Assembly (NCBI GenBank): GCA_963830815.1
Contig: CAWHNN010000004.1
Location: forward strand, 34,061 to 98,060
Length of the DNA stretch: 64,000 nucleotides
Source: an uncultured Acidobacteriota bacterium
Lineage (GTDB): Bacteria > Acidobacteriota > Vicinamibacteria > Vicinamibacterales > 2-12-FULL-66-21
Reading direction: 5' to 3'
The notes beneath the pieces were generated by a model. It did no database searches, had not been told where the DNA came from, and saw nothing but the letters and a program-made list of their open reading frames with translations. Position 1 is the stretch's first letter; the number at the start of each line of letters is the position of its first letter. Positions 60,386-64,000 of the stretch are shown here, in pieces. A program made the translations under genes and the position numbers.

Positions 60386-63000
60386 TCATTCGCCGCGTCT
60401 GCGTCGGCGGCCCTTCGGGCGGCGCCAGCTCGACGTCGACCTGCAGCGCCTCGGACACGAGCGTGTCGATCTGCTGAATCAGGCCCGCCGCGCGCAGGTC
60501 CTGCTCGATGTCCGGCAGCAGGGCCAGCTGGTCTTCCGGCGCGCGAACGACGATCCGCGCGACGGCGGTCTTCAGCGGCCGCTGCTCCTCCGACTTCTTC
60601 TTGCGAATCTCGCCGAGCACCTGCGCCGCCAGCTGCAGCGCCTGGGCGCCGCGCTCGTCGGCGCCGCCGGCGGCGCCGAGCAATCTCGGCCTCCGTCGGC
60701 CATGCCGCAGGTGTGAACCGAACCCGGCCGCCACCACGACCAGACTTCCTCGGTCGCAAACGGCAGGAACGGCGCGAACAGCCGGAGGAACACCGAGAGC
60801 GACGTCAGCAGCGCCGTGTTCGCGGAGCCGGCGAGCTCGGCGCCGTGATCGCCGTAGCGGCGCGACTTCACCAGCTCGAGATAGTTGTCGCAGAAGAACC
60901 AGAAGAAGGTCTCTGTCCGCTCGAGGACGCGCGTGTATTGGTAGCGCTCGAGATCGTCGGTCGACTCGCGAACGAGCCGCGCCAGGTTCGTCAGCAGGCC
61001 GCGATCGACGAGCCTGACGTCACCGGCCCCTGCGTTCGGGCCGCGACAGGACGAACTTCGACGCGTTGAGCAGCTTGATCGCGAGGCGGCGGCCGACCCG
61101 CATCTGGCCGGCATCGAACGCCGTGTCGGCGCCGGGCGGCCGCTCGCCGCCCAGTAGCGGACGCCGTCCGAGCCGTGCTCTTCGAGGAGCGCCATGCGGC
61201 GTCACGACGTTGCCCTTCGACTTCGACATCTTCTTGCGATCGGGATCGAGCACCCAGCCCGAGATCGCGGCGTTGTTCCACGGCAGCGAGCCGTGCTCCA
61301 GCTCGGATCGCAGCATCGTCGAGAAGAGCCAGGTGCGGATGATGTCGTGCGCCTGCGGCCTCACGTCCATCGGGAAGACGCGCGCGAAGAGATCCGGATC
61401 TTCGATCCAGCCGCCGGCGATCTGCGGCGAGAGCGACGACGTCGCCCAGGTATCCATGATGTCCGGATCGCCGGAAAAGCCGCCCGGCTGATCGCGCTGA
61501 GCCGCCGTGTAGCCATCCGGCACGTCCGTCGACGGATCGATCGGCAGCCGGTCCTCGGTCGGCAGCAGCCGCGCCTCGTGGTCGACCGAGCCATCCATCG
61601 CGGATTGTACCAGACCGGGAACGGACGCCAAAAAAGCGCTGCCGGCTGATGCACCAATCGCCGGCGAGGCCGTTGATCCAGTTCTCGAGCCGCGCCTGCA
61701 TGTAGGACGGATGCCAGCCGAGCTCGCGGCCCGCGCGCGAGCAGCGCTTCGCGCGAAGTCCATCGTCTTGATGAACCACTGGCGGCTCGTGACGATCTCG
61801 AGCGGACGATCGCCCTTCTCGTAGAACTTCACCGCGTGCGTGATCGGCCGCGGGTCGCCGAGCAGGTCGCCGCTCTCGCTTCAGCAGCTCGACGATGCGG
61901 CGCGCGCCTTCGACGGCGGACAGGCCGGCGAGCTGATCGTAGGGCTGCTGCGCCGCGGCGGGATCGGTCGATTCCCAGCCCGGCTCGCCCCACGTCACCG
62001 GCTTGAACGCGCCGTTGGTCTGAATGACGGCCCGCACCGGCAAGCTGAGCTCGCGCCACCAGACGACGTCGGTGACGTCGCCGAACGTGCAGATCATCGC
62101 GACGCCGGTGCCCTTCTCGGGATCGGCGAGCGCATGCGCTCTCACCGGCACGCGAACGCCGAAGAGCGGCGTGACGACTTCGGTGCCGAAGAGCGGCTGG
62201 TAGCGCGGATCGTCGGGATGGGCGACGAGCGCGACGCAGGCCGGGAAGCAGCTCGGGGCGCGTCGTGTCGATCTCGACGAAGCCGCCCGCCTCGGCCTGG
62301 ACGGGCGAAGCGGATGCGATGGTACGCGCCCGGCTGCTCGCGATCCTCGAGCTCGGCCTGGGCGACGGCGGTGCGGAAGTCGACGTCCCAGAGCGTCGGC
62401 GCCTCGAGCTGATACGCCTGGCCTCGCGCGAGCAGACGCAGAAACGACAGCTGCGACAGCCGCTGCGCACGGCGGCCAATCGTCGCGTAGGTCATCGACC
62501 AGTCGACCGACAGGCCGAGATGCCGCCAGAGCTGCTCGAAGGCCTTCTCGTCTTCCGCCGTCAGCCGCGCGCAGAGCTCGATGAAGTTCGGCCGCGAGAC
62601 CGGAATCGGCTGCTTCCCCGGCTTGTCCGGCGGCGCGAACGCCGGGATCGTAGGCAGCGACGGGTCGCAGCGGACGCCGAAGTAGTTCTGCACGCGGCGT
62701 TCGGTCGGCAGCCCGTTGTCGTCCCACCCCATCGGGTAGAACACGGCCTTGCCGCGCATCCGCTGAAAGCGGGCGACGACGTCGGTGTGCGTGTACGAGA
62801 ACACGTGGCCGACGTGCAGCGAGCCGCTGACGGTCGGCGGCGGCGTGTCGATCGAAAACACGTCGGCGCGCGATCGCGTCCGATCGAACCGGTAGAGCGC
62901 GTCAGCGTCCCAGCGCTCGCGTCCACTTCTGTTCCAGACCTTCGAGCGCCGGCTTGTCGGGAACGGCGATGGGATGAGTCAGGTCGAAGCCCGCGGGCAT
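60382..63000 (-). CDS. valS: Valine--tRNA ligase (many indels)
   Basis: DTPPPTVSGSLHVGH, GWDDNGLPTE, EKGTG, WCISRQR, DTWATSS, QAHDIIRTW, KMSKS. Confidence 0.93.
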
Positions 63001-63012
63001 ATCCTGACGATT

Positions 63013-63998
63013 CTACCGTGAGTTGGCGAAGCGGGCCGACGGCGTCCAGTTCCGCGCCTTGATGCGGGCGATCTCCTCGCGGACGAGCCGCTCGGCGGCA
63101 TCGAGAACGGCGGTCGCATGCTGTCGTCGCCCATGCCGCGCGATGACGCGGCGCGGCGATCTCGATCGACTGATCTGGCAAGGCATCGGGCGGCGCCGCC
63201 GACGTCGACGCGGGCCGGGGCCGGCAGCCTGCTCGGCCGCGAGCAGCGCGGCGAACGCATCCTGCAGTCGGCGGCCAGCAGCGCGCTGAACGCGTCGTCG
63301 GGCGACGCCGAAACCGCGACGCGCGTCGGCGCTGGTGCCGCTGGCACCGGCAGCCGCGGGCTGCGGCCAGCGGTTGCGCCGGGGCCGTACAGTGCTGGCG
63401 GCGGTGCGCTCGGCAGGTTCCGGCGCGGACTGATCCATCTCTGATGCGCGCACCGGCGCGAGCGGCGTCACGGCTCGGCGGCGGCACTGCGCCTGCGAGC
63501 GCTCTTGCTGGCCAGCGCCGCGTCGAGCCGATCGAAGTAGTCCTCGAGCGATGCGCTGCCGGCGTCGGGTTCCGCCGCCGCTGGCGCGGCCGGCGGCCGC
63601 AGGCCTGGCCTCGGAACTGCTCGCTCCCGCTTGCCGGCCAGCAGATCGCGCACCCGGCTGATGACCATCTGCGGCTCGAACGGCTTGACCAGGACGCCGT
63701 CGCAGCCGACGGCGCGGGCGCGCGACTTCGTCGATCGGCTCGAACGCGCCCGTCAGCAGCAGCACCGGAATGTGCGCCAGCTGCGGGTCGCCCTTGATGA
63801 AGGCCGCGACCTCGTAGCCGTCGCGTTCCGGCATGCCGACGTCGGCCAGGACGATATCCGGGCGATCGGCCTGGACGCGCTCGATCGCCTGCTGGCCGTC
63901 GCCCACCGCCATGACCTTGACGTCCTCGTCGGCGAACGTCAGCTCGATCACGCGCTGAATCGTCACGCTGTCGTCGGCAAGCAGCAGCTTAGGTGCAC
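63013..63998 (-). CDS. Response regulator: REC domain, Pro/Ala linker and short C-terminal helix (RomR-like; indels)
   Basis: KLLLADDSVTIQRVIELTF, DIVLADVGMP, LLTGAFEP, KPFE; C-terminal AAERLVREEIARIKAR. Confidence 0.75.
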   Translation of the reverse strand, partial: APKLLLADDSVTIQRVIELTFADEDVKVMAVGDGQQAIERVQADRPDIVLADVGMPERDGYEVAAFIKGDPQLAHIPVLLLTGAFEPIDEVARPRRRLRRRPGQAVRAADGHQPGARSAGRQAGASSSEARPAAAGRASGGGTRRRQRIARGLLRSARRGAGQQERSQAQCRRRAVTPLAPVRASEMDQSAPEPAERTAASTVRPRRNRWPQPAAAGASGTSADARRGFGVARRRVQRAAGRRLQDAFAALLAAEQAAGPGPRRRRRRRPMPCQISRSRSPRRVIARHGRRQHATAVLDAAERLVREEIARIKARNWTPSARFANSR

Positions 63999-64000
63999 TA

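Noticed and set aside
53046..63000. Mass pseudogenisation of argS, rlmD, coaX, birA, nadC and valS
   Set aside because: Motifs remain well conserved and the lesions seen are small indels in essential genes; sequencing error is more parsimonious.

Overview
High-GC bacterial core-genome segment. Gene content and order suggest an Acidobacteriota genome, probably Vicinamibacterales-like (inference). About 60 CDS, mostly on the minus strand: a futalosine-type menaquinone cluster (ubiD, degenerate mqnE-like gene, mqnA, mqnC, deaminase, ubiA, ubiX, menG), an outer-membrane/lipid A cluster (lolE, lolD, clpC, bamA, skp, fabZ-lpxA fusion, lpxI, gnnA-like gene), lysS-nusB-ribH, acyl-CoA and purine salvage genes, dnaK-dnaJ-hspR-dnaC-like-hemW, PBP1A, prfB with its programmed frameshift, lnt, nfeD/SPFH, argS, rlmD, coaX, birA, nadC, valS and a RomR-like response regulator. 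Many essential genes carry 1-bp indels (densest at about 25-36 kb and 53-64 kb), most consistent with long-read consensus errors, so some coordinates are approximate. I saw no rRNA, tRNA, CRISPR array, transposase or prophage. The most unusual observations are: a dispersed family of heptanucleotide tandem arrays, often paired as inverted arms, filling at least 10 intergenic spacers; an MqnE-like radical-SAM fold lacking CX3CX2C; a FabZ-LpxA fusion with lpxD missing; a DnaJ with HPG instead of HPD; DnaI/DnaC-like and DnaD-like candidates; and an 82-bp REPIN-like hairpin upstream of lysS.
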